NCBI GenBank assembly: GCA_012728915.1
Contig: JAAYEC010000015.1
Location: forward strand, 23,082 to 87,081
From: Deltaproteobacteria bacterium
Lineage (GTDB): Bacteria > Desulfobacterota > Syntrophia > Syntrophales > UBA2192
DNA length: 64,000 bases
Direction of reading: 5' to 3'
Shown: positions 37,717 through 47,910 of the stretch, piece by piece
How the letters are laid out: every line of letters starts with the position of its first letter
How positions within the stretch are numbered: position 1 is the stretch's first letter
Program-made: the position numbers and the translations under genes
Notes under the pieces: generated by a model
What the model saw: only the letters and a program-made list of their open reading frames with translations
The model's database searches: none
What the model was told of the DNA's origin: nothing

Positions 37717-38967
37717 ATGAGCTCCGAAGGATCCTCCCTGAAGCAAATAGCCGTTTCGGCCGCCGTTCTGGAAAAGGACGGCAGGGTTTTGATCGCTCGC
37801 CGCAGGCGGGGAGACCGCATGGAGGGCAAGTGGGAGTTCCCCGGAGGAAAAATAGAATCCGGCGAGACCGCCCAGGGATGCCTGCGAAGGGAGATGAAGG
37901 AGGAGTTCGGGATCGATATCGCCGTGGGTCCCCTCGTGGGACGTAGCCGTCACGCCTATCCCCATGCGGAAGTTGACCTCTGGGCTTACCGGGTAGCCCA
38001 CCGCGCGGGCGATTTCCTGCTCCGTGACCACGAGGAGATCCTCTGGGTGAGGCCTTCCAGCTTGCAATCGTACGATTTCTCCGCTGCCGACGTCCCGATC
38101 ACGAAAATCCTGGCGGGCAAACGGAACGCGACGCCGGTCGACTCCTCTCCGCGAGCCGAGCATTTCCTTCAAATCGCGGGCCTGCGGTTCCGCATCCTGG
38201 AACGGGGCCCGGACGCCGGAAGGCCCCTTCTCCTTCTCCACGGCACCGGGGACAACGCCCATACCTGGGACCTGCTTGCCCCGCCTCTGGCGAAGTCCTT
38301 CCGGGTCCTGGCTATGGATCAGCGCGGACACGGTGAAAGCGACTGGGCCGTGCCGCCCGCCTACGGATGCGACGACTATCTGCGGGACCTGCGCGCCGTC
38401 ATCGATATCCTCGGCCTCGAGGACGTGATCCTGCTCGGGCACTCCATGGGGGCCCTGCACGCAAGCCTGTACACTGCGACGAGCCCCGGCCGGGTTGCGG
38501 CCCTCGTCCATGTGGACATCGAGCCCTTCCCTCCGGACTGGAACCGCAAATACCTTCTCGGGTTGTACAGGAATCTGCCGGACTCCTATTCCGACATGGA
38601 CGAGTACATCGAGGAAATCGCCGGAAACGCCCCCTACGCTCGCCGGGAGCGCCTGCTGGACCTGGCATCGAAATCCCTGGCCCGTATGGGCGACAGGTGG
38701 CGCAGGATCTACGACCGGGAGATCCTCGCCCGGTTCGACCATTATGACCTGCGGGACCGTCTTGCAGACATCCGCTGCCCCGCGCTGGTGATCCGCGGAG
38801 CCGAGAGCCGGGTGCTCGGCCGGGAAGCGGCGGAACAGATGGTTCGGGCCCTTCCGGCAGGCGAGTTCGCCGAGATCCCGAGGGCTGCGCATCCGGCGCA
38901 CCTGGACAACCCCGGGGCATTCCGGGACGCGGTCATGGGGTTTTTGGCGAGGCACGAGTTGGTGTGA
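37717..38967 (+). CDS. Fusion protein: NUDIX (MutT-like) hydrolase + alpha/beta hydrolase
   Basis: The Nudix box is GGKIESGETAQGCLRREMKEEFGI. The second domain shows LLLLHGTGDNAHTW, DQRGHGES and LLGHSMGA. Confidence 0.85.
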   Translation: MSSEGSSLKQIAVSAAVLEKDGRVLIARRRRGDRMEGKWEFPGGKIESGETAQGCLRREMKEEFGIDIAVGPLVGRSRHAYPHAEVDLWAYRVAHRAGDFLLRDHEEILWVRPSSLQSYDFSAADVPITKILAGKRNATPVDSSPRAEHFLQIAGLRFRILERGPDAGRPLLLLHGTGDNAHTWDLLAPPLAKSFRVLAMDQRGHGESDWAVPPAYGCDDYLRDLRAVIDILGLEDVILLGHSMGALHASLYTATSPGRVAALVHVDIEPFPPDWNRKYLLGLYRNLPDSYSDMDEYIEEIAGNAPYARRERLLDLASKSLARMGDRWRRIYDREILARFDHYDLRDRLADIRCPALVIRGAESRVLGREAAEQMVRALPAGEFAEIPRAAHPAHLDNPGAFRDAVMGFLARHELV

Positions 38968-39033
38968 CGGAGTAGAAAGTCTAGAGGGGAAGAGTAAATC
39001 CATGTCAACGGCCGACGAACAGAGGAGGGAATC

Positions 39034-39606
39034 ATGGACGTATTCGACGCCATCATTGGTCGCAGAAGCTGCAGAAAATTCCTGCCCGGGGCGGTAAGCG
39101 ATGCAGATATCGAGAAGATCCTCGAGGCGGGCAACTGGGCCCCGTCGCCCGCCAACCAGCAACCCTGGGAATTCGTCGTCATCACGGATCCCGGCATCAA
39201 GGCGAGGATCTTCACCGAGAGCGAGGCCTGCCGGAAGAAGCTCTTCGAGCGCAGCGGCTGGAAGTGGCTTGAGAAGTTCTCCATCGATTTCGTGAAGGAG
39301 GCGGCTGTCATCGTCGCCGTGGTGGGCGACCCGAGAAAGAGCGGCGCGGACATGTTCCTCGACGAGGGGGCAGGCCGGGGTTACCTGGAAGGCTGCTCGG
39401 CCGCCGTCCAGAACATGATGCTGGCGGCCCACGCCCTGGGCCTCGGGAGCCTCTGGTTCTCCCTGTTCGAGGCCGCAGCGGTGCGGCAGGTTCTCGGGCT
39501 CGACGCCGGCAAGGACCCCGTGGCCCTGCTCTGCATCGGCAGACCCGGCACGGTGCCCGCATCGAAGCGCAAGGATTTCCGGGAAAAAACAACGTATCTC
39601 CGGTAG
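39034..39606 (+). CDS. Nitroreductase family protein
   Basis: IIGRRSCRKF and APSPANQQPWEFVVI are present. Confidence 0.88.
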   Translation: MDVFDAIIGRRSCRKFLPGAVSDADIEKILEAGNWAPSPANQQPWEFVVITDPGIKARIFTESEACRKKLFERSGWKWLEKFSIDFVKEAAVIVAVVGDPRKSGADMFLDEGAGRGYLEGCSAAVQNMMLAAHALGLGSLWFSLFEAAAVRQVLGLDAGKDPVALLCIGRPGTVPASKRKDFREKTTYLR

Positions 39607-39769
39607 CGGCCCGTTCCCGGGAGAACCCGTTGAGTACTTAAAATATCTGTCGACATTTTCCGCCGACACGGGTATAAGGCTCTCACGAGCGTCGCAGGTC
39701 CCCGAACCGCTGCGGTCGCCGGTGGCAGCCGGCGGTTTTTTTGTACAAATTTTGCAACCTCGAACCGTG

Positions 39770-41470
39770 ATGAGCCCCTCTCCTGCCCGACATCTGCTCC
39801 GGCTTTCCCTGCTTCTGGCCCTCGTTGCCCTCTGCGCGGACAGCGCTTCGGCCCAGGCTCCGCCGGATGACATCCGCAAGAGCATCGAGAGGGCCGTCAA
39901 GTCCGGCGCCGTCTCGAAAACGGTCTGTTCAGGCGCCCCCTGGTGCAATCCGGGCTCGGTGAGCCGCTTCTACCAGATGCGAAAGTACGAGCCGGCCTGG
40001 ACGCGCGACGGCACGCCGCTGCCCGTGGCGGACACCCTGGCCCGGACACTCAAGTCGGCCGACGCGGAGGGCCTCCGGCCGAAGGATTACCACATCGAAG
40101 GCATCGAGGCCGCCCTCGGCGAGAACCGGCAGATTCTCGCCCGAAATGAAAAGCCCGATGCGGGGAAGATCATCGCCCTGGAATTTCTCCTGTCCGACGC
40201 CTATCTCGTCTATGCGGCCCACCTGCTCAACGGCCGCGTCAACCCCGAGACGCTCCATGCCGACGAATGGACGATCTACCCCTCTCGGTTCAACCTGGCC
40301 CGCCATCTCCAGAAGGCGCTGGAGGCCGGCGATTTAGAGGGGAGTCTCCAGGGCCTCATGCCGGCCCATCCGGGCTACGGCCGGCTCAAGACGGCGCTGC
40401 TCGTTTACCGGGCGCTGGCCGAGAGGGGCGGATGGCCCGCCGTTGCCGGCGGCGGAAAGCTCGAAAAGGGAATGAAGAGTGAGCGCGTGCCCGCGCTTCG
40501 CGCCCGCCTCAAGGTCACGGGCGAGATGCTGGCGGCGATCAATGGGGCGAACGATCTCTTCGACGAGGCCGTCGAGGAGGCGGTCAAGCGCTTCCAGCAG
40601 AGCCATGGTCTGTTCGCCGACGGAATCGTGGGCGCCAGGACCCTGAAGGCCCTCAACGTGACGGCCTCGAGCCGAGTACGCCAGATCGAGCTGAACCTGG
40701 AGCGCTGGCGCTGGCTGCCCCAGAACCTGGGAAACCCCTATATCCTGGTGAATATCGCGGGCTACGGGCTCGAGGTGGTCGAGGACGAAGCACCGGTCTT
40801 GACCATGAAGATCGTCGTCGGCACGGCCTACCAGAAGACGCCCGTTTTCAGCGGAAAGATGACCTACATCGAGATGAACCCCTACTGGAACGTCCCCCAC
40901 AGCATTGCCACGGAGGAAACGCTGGGAAAGATCCGGAAGGACCCGAAAGCCTTTTTCGCCAAGGAGAACATGAGAGTCTTCAGGGCGGGGCAAAACGGCG
41001 AAGCGGTCGATCCCGCCACGATCGACTGGTCGACGCTCTCGGCCAACAGCTTCCCCTACCGCTTGCGCCAGGAGCCGGGCCCGCGAAACCCCCTGGGACA
41101 CATCAAGTTCATGTTCCCCAACAAGCACAGCGTCTACCTGCACGACACCTCCGACCCGCAGCTCTTCGACAGGGAACGCCGGGGTTTCAGTCACGGTTGC
41201 ATCCGCATCGAGAAGCCTCTGGAGATGGCGGATTTCGTGATGAGGGGAAGCCGGGAGTGGTCACGCAAGAAGATCGAGGCCGTGCTGAAGACGACGGAGA
41301 CGACGGTGGCCTACCTGCCGAGGCCCATCCCCGTACACATCCTCTACTTCACGGCCTGGGGAAACGGGGACGGGACGGTTCATTTCCTGGAGGACATCTA
41401 CCGCCGCGACGAGCGGCTCGACAGGGCTCTTCAGCCGAAAACAAAGCCTGCCGGGGCATCAAAGCCCTGA
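39770..41470 (+). CDS. L,D-transpeptidase (YcbB/LdtD-like) with a peptidoglycan-binding domain
   Basis: A signal peptide is present. The PG-binding domain shows FQQSHGLFADGIVGARTLKAL. The YkuD catalytic motif is HSVYLHDT...FSHGCIRIEKP. Confidence 0.88.
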   Translation: MSPSPARHLLRLSLLLALVALCADSASAQAPPDDIRKSIERAVKSGAVSKTVCSGAPWCNPGSVSRFYQMRKYEPAWTRDGTPLPVADTLARTLKSADAEGLRPKDYHIEGIEAALGENRQILARNEKPDAGKIIALEFLLSDAYLVYAAHLLNGRVNPETLHADEWTIYPSRFNLARHLQKALEAGDLEGSLQGLMPAHPGYGRLKTALLVYRALAERGGWPAVAGGGKLEKGMKSERVPALRARLKVTGEMLAAINGANDLFDEAVEEAVKRFQQSHGLFADGIVGARTLKALNVTASSRVRQIELNLERWRWLPQNLGNPYILVNIAGYGLEVVEDEAPVLTMKIVVGTAYQKTPVFSGKMTYIEMNPYWNVPHSIATEETLGKIRKDPKAFFAKENMRVFRAGQNGEAVDPATIDWSTLSANSFPYRLRQEPGPRNPLGHIKFMFPNKHSVYLHDTSDPQLFDRERRGFSHGCIRIEKPLEMADFVMRGSREWSRKKIEAVLKTTETTVAYLPRPIPVHILYFTAWGNGDGTVHFLEDIYRRDERLDRALQPKTKPAGASKP

Positions 41471-41519
41471 CAGGCCGTACGGTTTCTCATCGATTTCCCG
41501 AGCGCGGTCGCCAGCGCAC

Positions 41520-42212
41520 TCAGGTCTTCCTGGTCGCCTTGACGGGTCTTCTCTTTCTCCTCCGTCCACCCTGCCAGGTCCGGACACTGCCGACATCGAC
41601 GTGCACGAAACCGCGCCTGGCGTAGTACCCCACCCCGCCGCATTGCATGTCCAGTGCAGCATGACAAAGGTGCTTGGCATGCAGCTCGGGCACCCTCAGA
41701 TCGACGGCCATGCCTTCCATATGCAGGCTGTTGCGGGCCACGTTGCGGTTGCGCCTGCGCAGGGCGGCGTTGGTCTTGGGCGATCGGTAACCGGAAAGCA
41801 CGTGGAACGGATTTTTTGTTTCCAGCTTCTGGTTGAGGTGGAAAAGCAGGTCAAGCAGGTCCGGGCTGATTTCCTTCACGAGGTTCGCCCTGTAGTCGCG
41901 CAGGAGATAATTGATCTCATCGAGAGACTGGGAGATGTATTCCCCGTCGGCCCAGTACACTCCGTTGAAGGTCTCGCCCGTGTTGGTGCTGTAAAGGTGG
42001 AGCCTCCTTTCTTCGGAAGGCTCGAGGACAAGTCCGGCTTCCCCGTTCCAGCCGGGAGATCCGATGATCTCGGGCGAAATGACCGGTTCGAGCGCGGCAA
42101 GCACCTTAGACGGAAGGACGAGCAGGGCGGAGCCGAGAACACCCAGCTTCAGGAAGGAGCGACGGTTGAGGAATCCCGCAGGAATGTCGTCATGTTTTCT
42201 AAAGGAACGCAT
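41520..42212 (-). CDS. DUF882/peptidase M15A (YcbK/MepK-like murein endopeptidase) with a Tat-type signal
   Basis: NRRSFLKLGVLGSALL, SGYRSPKTN, HMEGMAVD and FVHVDVG are present. The gene is paired convergently with the LdtD-like gene. Confidence 0.8.
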   Translation of the reverse strand: MRSFRKHDDIPAGFLNRRSFLKLGVLGSALLVLPSKVLAALEPVISPEIIGSPGWNGEAGLVLEPSEERRLHLYSTNTGETFNGVYWADGEYISQSLDEINYLLRDYRANLVKEISPDLLDLLFHLNQKLETKNPFHVLSGYRSPKTNAALRRRNRNVARNSLHMEGMAVDLRVPELHAKHLCHAALDMQCGGVGYYARRGFVHVDVGSVRTWQGGRRRKRRPVKATRKT

Positions 42213-42490
42213 GGTCCCCTCCTTTGCTTTTTCCTTAGAAAGCATGCGCCATTGACGCAAAAGTGCCGTTTTTTTACCCCGGGCCGAAGAAAAAAATCAA
42301 GAGAAAATTTTATTCCCTAACATTATTCGTGCCATATCGCGTTTCGGTTGCAGAACAGGGGCACGGGGACCCTGGCCCTGAAGGAGTTATCGGCCTCGTC
42401 GGCTTCGACTTGAGCGGACCGCGCCCCCGAAGCCCCGCCTTCCCTTCGGGGGGAAAATGGACTATATTGAGCCAGAAGGAGCAGCCATTG

Positions 42491-43348
42491 ATGCCCTCCG
42501 GCCCGGAACTCAAGGAAGACATCACAAGATTCTGCAAGGAGCGCGGTGCCGATCTCGTGGGATTTGCGCCCGTGGAGCGCTGGGACGAGGACGGCATCGT
42601 CCCGCCCGCTTTCCGACCGAGGGCCCTGTTCCCGCAGGCACGCACCGTGATCGTCATCAGCATGGCCATGCCGCTGCCCGTTGTGGAGACGACGCCGTCG
42701 GCCCTCCACAAGGAACTCTACGACACCACGAACCGCCAGCTCGACGATCTGGCCGTGGCGCTCACGCGGCATCTCAACCGGCTGGGACGCGCCTCGTACC
42801 CTTTTACCCGCGACACCTACACGTCCATGCGTGCCCTGCGGGAAAACAACCGGGCCGCCTTCGGCCACGTCCCGGCGGCAAAGTATGCCGGACTGGGGAC
42901 AATCGGGATGAACCAGTGCATCCTCACGCCCGGGTTCGGGCCCCGTGTCCGCTTCGTATCCGTCTTGACCGCCGCGGAGATCCCGCCGGACCCCATGCAG
43001 TCGAGGGAGCTCTGCATCCGGTGCGGACTGTGCGCCGAGTGCTGCCCCAAGAGCGCCATAACGCCCCGGGAGGACCGGGTTATCGGGGACTACGACAAGA
43101 CGGCCTGCCTCGAGATGCACGAGGAGTTGGTGAAAAGGCGCGTTTACCCCTGCGGCATCTGCACGAAGGTGTGCCCCGTGGGGAAAGACCGGTTGCTCTA
43201 CAGGAGCAAGGGGATCCGGAAGAAATACCGGGAAGAACGGGAGACCCTCGCGGCAAACCCCGACGCCCCCGAATACGGGTCGTGGACCCACGTGCGCAAG
43301 TATGGGACCCCCCGCAAATCCAGGGAAAAAGGGAAGGACCAGTTGTAG
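42491..43348 (+). CDS. QueG/reductive-dehalogenase-superfamily Fe-S protein (epoxyqueuosine reductase-like)
   Basis: AAKYAGLGTIGMNQCILTPGFGPRVRFVSVLT, CIRCGLCAECCP and YPCGICTKVCP are present. Confidence 0.6.
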   Translation: MPSGPELKEDITRFCKERGADLVGFAPVERWDEDGIVPPAFRPRALFPQARTVIVISMAMPLPVVETTPSALHKELYDTTNRQLDDLAVALTRHLNRLGRASYPFTRDTYTSMRALRENNRAAFGHVPAAKYAGLGTIGMNQCILTPGFGPRVRFVSVLTAAEIPPDPMQSRELCIRCGLCAECCPKSAITPREDRVIGDYDKTACLEMHEELVKRRVYPCGICTKVCPVGKDRLLYRSKGIRKKYREERETLAANPDAPEYGSWTHVRKYGTPRKSREKGKDQL

Positions 43349-43352
43349 GGGA

Positions 43353-44081
43353 ATGGTACGGTTCGAGGCCTTCTGCGGGAAGCTCGCGGCGATGCTCGCC
43401 CGCGAAAGCGGCATGATGCGACAAATAGAAAAGTCGAGGGAGCTCGTCGCCGAGCTGAATTCGAGCCCGGGGTGGTTTTTCGAGACCCTGGAGAAAATGG
43501 TTCTCGAGCCCGCGGCCATCGCACGCCAGAAAACCGGCATCTGGCCCAACGAGTTCACGCTTCACCGGGCCCCCGACCGTTCCTTTGTCGTGCTGGCCTA
43601 CATCTGGGACGCGGGCCTGGCGGACATCATCCACGATCACGGCTCCTGGGGAATTATCGGGACGCTGGTCGCGAAGCTGGGGGAGAGGAAATACGAGAGA
43701 ATCGACGACGGCCGTCGCGAGGGTTACTGCGAGCTCCGGGAAACCTCCGGCGGCGTCTTCGGCCCCGGCGAGACGACCTTCGTCCTGCCCCTCGACGAGG
43801 GCCTCCACGCCATGCACAACCCCACGGACGGGGTCGCTGTGAGCGTCAACGTGTACGGCAAAACGGTACGCCCGGGCTACATCCGGTTCTTCGATCCGGC
43901 CAGGCGCACCGTCACCCGGACCTACCCGCCGCAGACCCTGAAGGAAGTGCTCGCGGTAAAGACCCTGGCGGCAATCGACCCGGGCCGGGCCGAGGGGGTC
44001 TTCCGGAAAGCCCTCGGCACATCGCGCCCCCCGCAACTCCGGCAGGAATACGAGGAAGCCCTCCGGAAGTTGAGGGGCTGA
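43353..44081 (+). CDS. Cupin, cysteine-dioxygenase-type-I-like family protein
   Basis: IIHDHGSWGIIG...LHAMHNP...VSVNVYG gives a His-x-His ... His pattern. The function call is tentative. Confidence 0.5.
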   Translation: MVRFEAFCGKLAAMLARESGMMRQIEKSRELVAELNSSPGWFFETLEKMVLEPAAIARQKTGIWPNEFTLHRAPDRSFVVLAYIWDAGLADIIHDHGSWGIIGTLVAKLGERKYERIDDGRREGYCELRETSGGVFGPGETTFVLPLDEGLHAMHNPTDGVAVSVNVYGKTVRPGYIRFFDPARRTVTRTYPPQTLKEVLAVKTLAAIDPGRAEGVFRKALGTSRPPQLRQEYEEALRKLRG

Positions 44082-44099
44082 ACGAGGGAGCGGACGCCC

Positions 44100-44474
44100 T
44101 CACAGGAGCTTCTCGGGTGATGTCTGCAAGTCCTTCTCTTCGTAGAAAACGACCAGAAAAATCTCCCGGCCGGAGCGGTTCACGATAGCGTGGGGAAGGC
44201 CCGCGGGGATCTCGAAGAGCTCCGGCTCCTCCCCGCTGACAAGGACCTCCTCCTCCCCGGCCACCAGCGTCGCCGGCCCCCCGCAGAGAAGCAGCCACTC
44301 CGCGGCGGACGCGTGGGCGTGGTTCCCCCGGATCGAGCCGGGCTGCATGGAAGCCACGTGGAGATTTCCCAGGGGCCTCCCCTCGAGACCGGCCAGGGAA
44401 AGAGGGTTGAGCACCCAGCCCCGGCCGTCTTTCCATACCCTGTCGCCGATCATGACCCGCCTGATTCCCGCCAT
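44100..44474 (-). CDS. Small cupin-domain protein (WxcM/sugar-epimerase-like fold)
   Basis: GSIRGNHAH...FEIPAGLPHAIVN is present. The 417-aa track ORF is an upstream extension through the antisense of the next gene. Confidence 0.55.
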   Translation of the reverse strand: MAGIRRVMIGDRVWKDGRGWVLNPLSLAGLEGRPLGNLHVASMQPGSIRGNHAHASAAEWLLLCGGPATLVAGEEEVLVSGEEPELFEIPAGLPHAIVNRSGREIFLVVFYEEKDLQTSPEKLL

Positions 44475-44615
44475 GGGCCCTCCCGCCCGTCCGTTTCCTT
44501 TCACCGTCTCCATTCCTAGCACGCCGGCGGGGCCGCAGGCAAGTGCGGCAACGCGGGGCGCCACGGCCCGCGCGCGGGGTTGGCCTTCGGGACGCGCTGT
44601 GCTAGGATGCCCGGC

Positions 44616-45563
44616 ATGGAGAAGATCCGCATCGGCATCAGCTCCTGCCTGTTGGGCAACGAGGTCCGCTGGGACGGCGGCCATGCCCTGGACCGTTTCA
44701 TGGCCCGAACGATAGGCGGATTCGTCGATTACCTCCCCGTCTGCCCCGAGGTGGAGTGCGGCTTCGGCACCCCCCGCGACACCTTCCGCCTCGTCGGCGA
44801 TCCGCGGAGGCCCCGCCTCGAGATCACCCGGACGGGAGCCGACCACACGGCGAGAATGGAAACCTGGGCCCGCAGGCGCGTCGAGGAACTGGGCAGAGAG
44901 AAGCTCTGCGGCTTTATCTTCAAAAGCAGCTCGCCCTCGTGCGGCATGGAATGCGTCAAGGTCTACGGCGCAAGGGGAGTGCCGCGAAAGGCCGGTGAGG
45001 GAATCTTCGCCCGCATCTTTATGGAATGCTTCCCCCTGACGCCCGTCGAGGAAGAGGGCCGCCTGTACGACCCCGCCCTGCGCGAGAACTTCATCGAACG
45101 CATCTTCGCCTGCAAGCGCTACAGCGACATCCGGGAGGGAACCGGGAAGGCCAAGCGACTGGTGGACTTTCACGCCGAGCACAGGCTGCAGCTCATGGCG
45201 CACAGCCCGAAGCGCCTTAAGGAGATGGACGGCCTCGTGGCCCGGGCGAAGCAGATCCCGGCACCCGGGCTCGTGGAGGGCTACGGGAGGCTTTTCATGG
45301 AGGCCATGGCGATCAAGCCTACGGCGGCCCGGCACGAAAACGTCCTGACTCACATCCTGGGCTTATTCCAGAGAGACCTCGACGGCGTCGAGAAGCGGGA
45401 GCTCCTCGACGTGATCCGCTCGTACCGCAAGGGGCTCATCCCCCTCGTCGTTCCCGTTACCCTGCTTGCCCATTATGCCCGAACGCATGGCCCGCCCTGT
45501 CTGGAGGAACAGACCTATCTCAATCCGCACCCGGCAGAGCTGAGGCTACGGTACCATCTCTGA
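44616..45563 (+). CDS. DUF523 + DUF1722 fusion protein (YbbK/YbgA family)
   Basis: IGISSCLLGNEVRWDGG, PVCPEVECGFGTPR and SPSCG are present, followed by a DUF1722-like C-terminal half. Confidence 0.75.
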   Translation: MEKIRIGISSCLLGNEVRWDGGHALDRFMARTIGGFVDYLPVCPEVECGFGTPRDTFRLVGDPRRPRLEITRTGADHTARMETWARRRVEELGREKLCGFIFKSSSPSCGMECVKVYGARGVPRKAGEGIFARIFMECFPLTPVEEEGRLYDPALRENFIERIFACKRYSDIREGTGKAKRLVDFHAEHRLQLMAHSPKRLKEMDGLVARAKQIPAPGLVEGYGRLFMEAMAIKPTAARHENVLTHILGLFQRDLDGVEKRELLDVIRSYRKGLIPLVVPVTLLAHYARTHGPPCLEEQTYLNPHPAELRLRYHL

Positions 45564-45682
45564 CTTTCATCTCTGCAGGGCGCCTTGCATCCGGGATGGC
45601 GGGTCGACCCCTGAAGGAACGCCATCGAGGCGCAAGGCGCCCCGGGGTTGACGCCGCGCATTGCCGCAAGTATCCTGTCCGC

Positions 45683-46774
45683 ATGGGGCGCAACGTCGAG
45701 AAGGAGATCCCCCGGCTTCTGTTTGACTGGTACCGGACAAACAGGCGAGACCTGCCCTGGCGCGGGACGAAGGACCCCTACCGGACCTGGGTGGCCGAGA
45801 TCATGCTCCAGCAGACCCGGGTAGACACCGTCATCCCCTACTACGAGCGGTTCCTGAAACGCTTCCCCGACGTGAGGGCCCTTGCCCGGGCCCGCGAGGA
45901 CGACGTCCTCAAGGCATGGGAGAACCTCGGCTACTACTCCCGCGCCCGGCACTTGAGCGAGGCGGCACGCATCGTCGTGGAGCGCTTCGGCGGGTCCATC
46001 CCCTCGACGATGGAGGGGCTCCGGGCGCTGCCCGGTGTGGGCGCCTACACGGCCGGGGCGATCCTGAGCATCGCCTTCGGCCGGCCGATCGCCGCCGTCG
46101 ACGGCAACGTGATCCGCGTCATCGCGAGGCTCTTCGGGATCGAGGATTCAATAGCCCGGCCGGGCACAAGAAAGAAAATCGGGGAAATCGTCCGTCGGCT
46201 CGTACCGACGGAAGAGCCCGGCCACTTTAACGAGGCCCTCATGGACCTCGGCTCCGGTATCTGCACGCCCCGGAGGCCGGCCTGTCCGGCCTGCCCCCTG
46301 TCGGCGGCCTGCCTTGCGCTCGCGAGAGGAATCCAGGCCTCGCTGCCGGCGAGGGACAAGGCCGCAGCCCTTCCGAGGCGCGAAGCGTCGGTCGCCGTCA
46401 TCCGGGACGGCGGGGGCAGGGTCCTTCTGGTGAAGCGGCCCCGGAGGGGGCTGCTCGGCGGGCTGTGGCGGTTCCCCGGGGCGGAGGGAAAGGAAGCGCG
46501 GGCGCTGCGAAGCGCGCTGAAAAAGCAACAGGGGCTGGATGTCGTCGTGGGCAAGGAGATCTTCACGGTCGAGCACGCCTACTCCCACTTCTCCGTGACC
46601 GTTCACGTGTTCGACTGCCGCCTCCGGGCGGGGACGCCGCAGGCCCGGCCGGTTCCCGCCCGCTGGGTGGCGACGGGCGGGACGGCCCGCCTGGCCCTCT
46701 CGAAGCTGGAGAGGATGATCCTGCAGCGCCTGAAAAACCCGCGGGACCGCGCGCGGACACTTCCCCGTGGATAA
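45683..46774 (+). CDS. mutY: A/G-specific adenine DNA glycosylase
   Basis: RDLPWR...DPYRTWVAEIMLQQTRV, GLGYYSRARH and an Fe-S loop (CTPRRPACPACPLSAAC) are present, followed by a Nudix-like C-terminal domain. Confidence 0.9.
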   Translation: MGRNVEKEIPRLLFDWYRTNRRDLPWRGTKDPYRTWVAEIMLQQTRVDTVIPYYERFLKRFPDVRALARAREDDVLKAWENLGYYSRARHLSEAARIVVERFGGSIPSTMEGLRALPGVGAYTAGAILSIAFGRPIAAVDGNVIRVIARLFGIEDSIARPGTRKKIGEIVRRLVPTEEPGHFNEALMDLGSGICTPRRPACPACPLSAACLALARGIQASLPARDKAAALPRREASVAVIRDGGGRVLLVKRPRRGLLGGLWRFPGAEGKEARALRSALKKQQGLDVVVGKEIFTVEHAYSHFSVTVHVFDCRLRAGTPQARPVPARWVATGGTARLALSKLERMILQRLKNPRDRARTLPRG

Positions 46775-46827
46775 CCGGGGGCAAATCGTGTTACGGTGCG
46801 GGGAACACAAAACGATCAGGGCGGACC

Positions 46828-47310
46828 ATGAGCAGGGAGCACGTGCCGGCAACCCCGGCCATCCGGGTCCTGAAGGACAGCAGGGTCGACTTTATCCCCC
46901 GCCCCTACAAGTACGAGGAGCGGGGCGGAACGGACACGGCGGCCAGGGAACTCGGCGTGGACGAGCACCTGACCGTGAAGACGCTCGTCATGGAGGACGA
47001 GAAGAAATCGCCGTTCATTGTCCTGATGCACGGCGACCGGGAGGTCTCCACCAAGGAACTCGCCCGCATCCTCGGCGTCAAGGGGATCCATCCCTGCGAC
47101 CCGGCCGCGGCCAACCGCCACACGGGATACATGGTGGGCGGCACATCACCCTTCGGCACACGGAAGGTCCTTCCCGTCTACGTGGAGGAGTCCATCCTAT
47201 CCCTGCCCGTGATCTATATCAACGCCGGGCGCAAGGGGCTGCTTGTGGAAATGAAACCGGACGATTTGCAGCGGATATTGAAACCGGTGCCGGTAAGAGT
47301 GGCACGGTGA
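46828..47310 (+). CDS. ybaK: Cys-tRNA(Pro)/Cys-tRNA(Cys) deacylase
   Basis: TPAIRVLKDSRVDF, VKTLVMEDEKKSPFIVLMHGDREVSTKELARILG and GYMVGGTSPFG are present. Confidence 0.85.
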   Translation: MSREHVPATPAIRVLKDSRVDFIPRPYKYEERGGTDTAARELGVDEHLTVKTLVMEDEKKSPFIVLMHGDREVSTKELARILGVKGIHPCDPAAANRHTGYMVGGTSPFGTRKVLPVYVEESILSLPVIYINAGRKGLLVEMKPDDLQRILKPVPVRVAR

Positions 47311-47433
47311 AAAGTCGGACGGCAGACAGCCGAGACGGGGTGAAAAGCGGAAGGGCCGGGATCCGGAAAATGCCGCTGCCCGGTCCGACCCTCGTGACGC
47401 CGATGCCGTAAGGAGCATGGGGCCGGCGCGTCG

Positions 47434-47910
47434 ATGAAACTCAAGAAGGCGATGGACAAGGAATCTGTCATCATCGAGTGCCTGCGCTGCGGGACCCGGA
47501 ACCGCCTGCCCCGGGGGCGCATCCAGGACAGGCCGCGCTGCGGGAAGTGCCATGCCCCCCTCGACGTCCGCAGCTTTGCGGTGCGGCCCCTGGAGACGAG
47601 CGACGCGAAATTCGCCGTCGACGTCCTCGCCGCCGCGGAGCCTGCCCTTGTCCTTTTCTACTCGCCGTCCTGCCCGTACTGCCGGATGCTCTCGCCGGTC
47701 ATCGACGAGCTTGCCGTCAAATTCGAGGGGGCGGCCCTCGTGGCCCGGATCGACGTCAACACAAACCCCACCGTCGCCCGTCAGTACGGCATCCAGGGAG
47801 TGCCGACGCTGCTGCTGTTCCGCGAGGGGAAGCTGATGAAGCGGATGGCGGGGGTACTATCGGGCGACGAGATCGAACGGAGCCTGAAAGGAATCATTAA
47901 ACTATCGTGA
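47434..47910 (+). CDS. Thioredoxin-2-like protein (N-terminal zinc-finger + Trx fold) with an atypical SCPYC active site
   Basis: The zinc finger is CLRCGTRNRL...RCGKCHAPL. The Trx fold shows LVLFYSPSCPYCRML...GVPTLLLF. Confidence 0.85.
   Translation: MKLKKAMDKESVIIECLRCGTRNRLPRGRIQDRPRCGKCHAPLDVRSFAVRPLETSDAKFAVDVLAAAEPALVLFYSPSCPYCRMLSPVIDELAVKFEGAALVARIDVNTNPTVARQYGIQGVPTLLLFREGKLMKRMAGVLSGDEIERSLKGIIKLS

Noticed and set aside
42319-42334. TGGCACGAATAATGTT (minus strand) upstream of the MepK-like gene, considered as a sigma-54 promoter.
   Set aside because: The -24 half is perfect, but the -12 position reads GT instead of the near-invariant GC. This is too weak to call without data.
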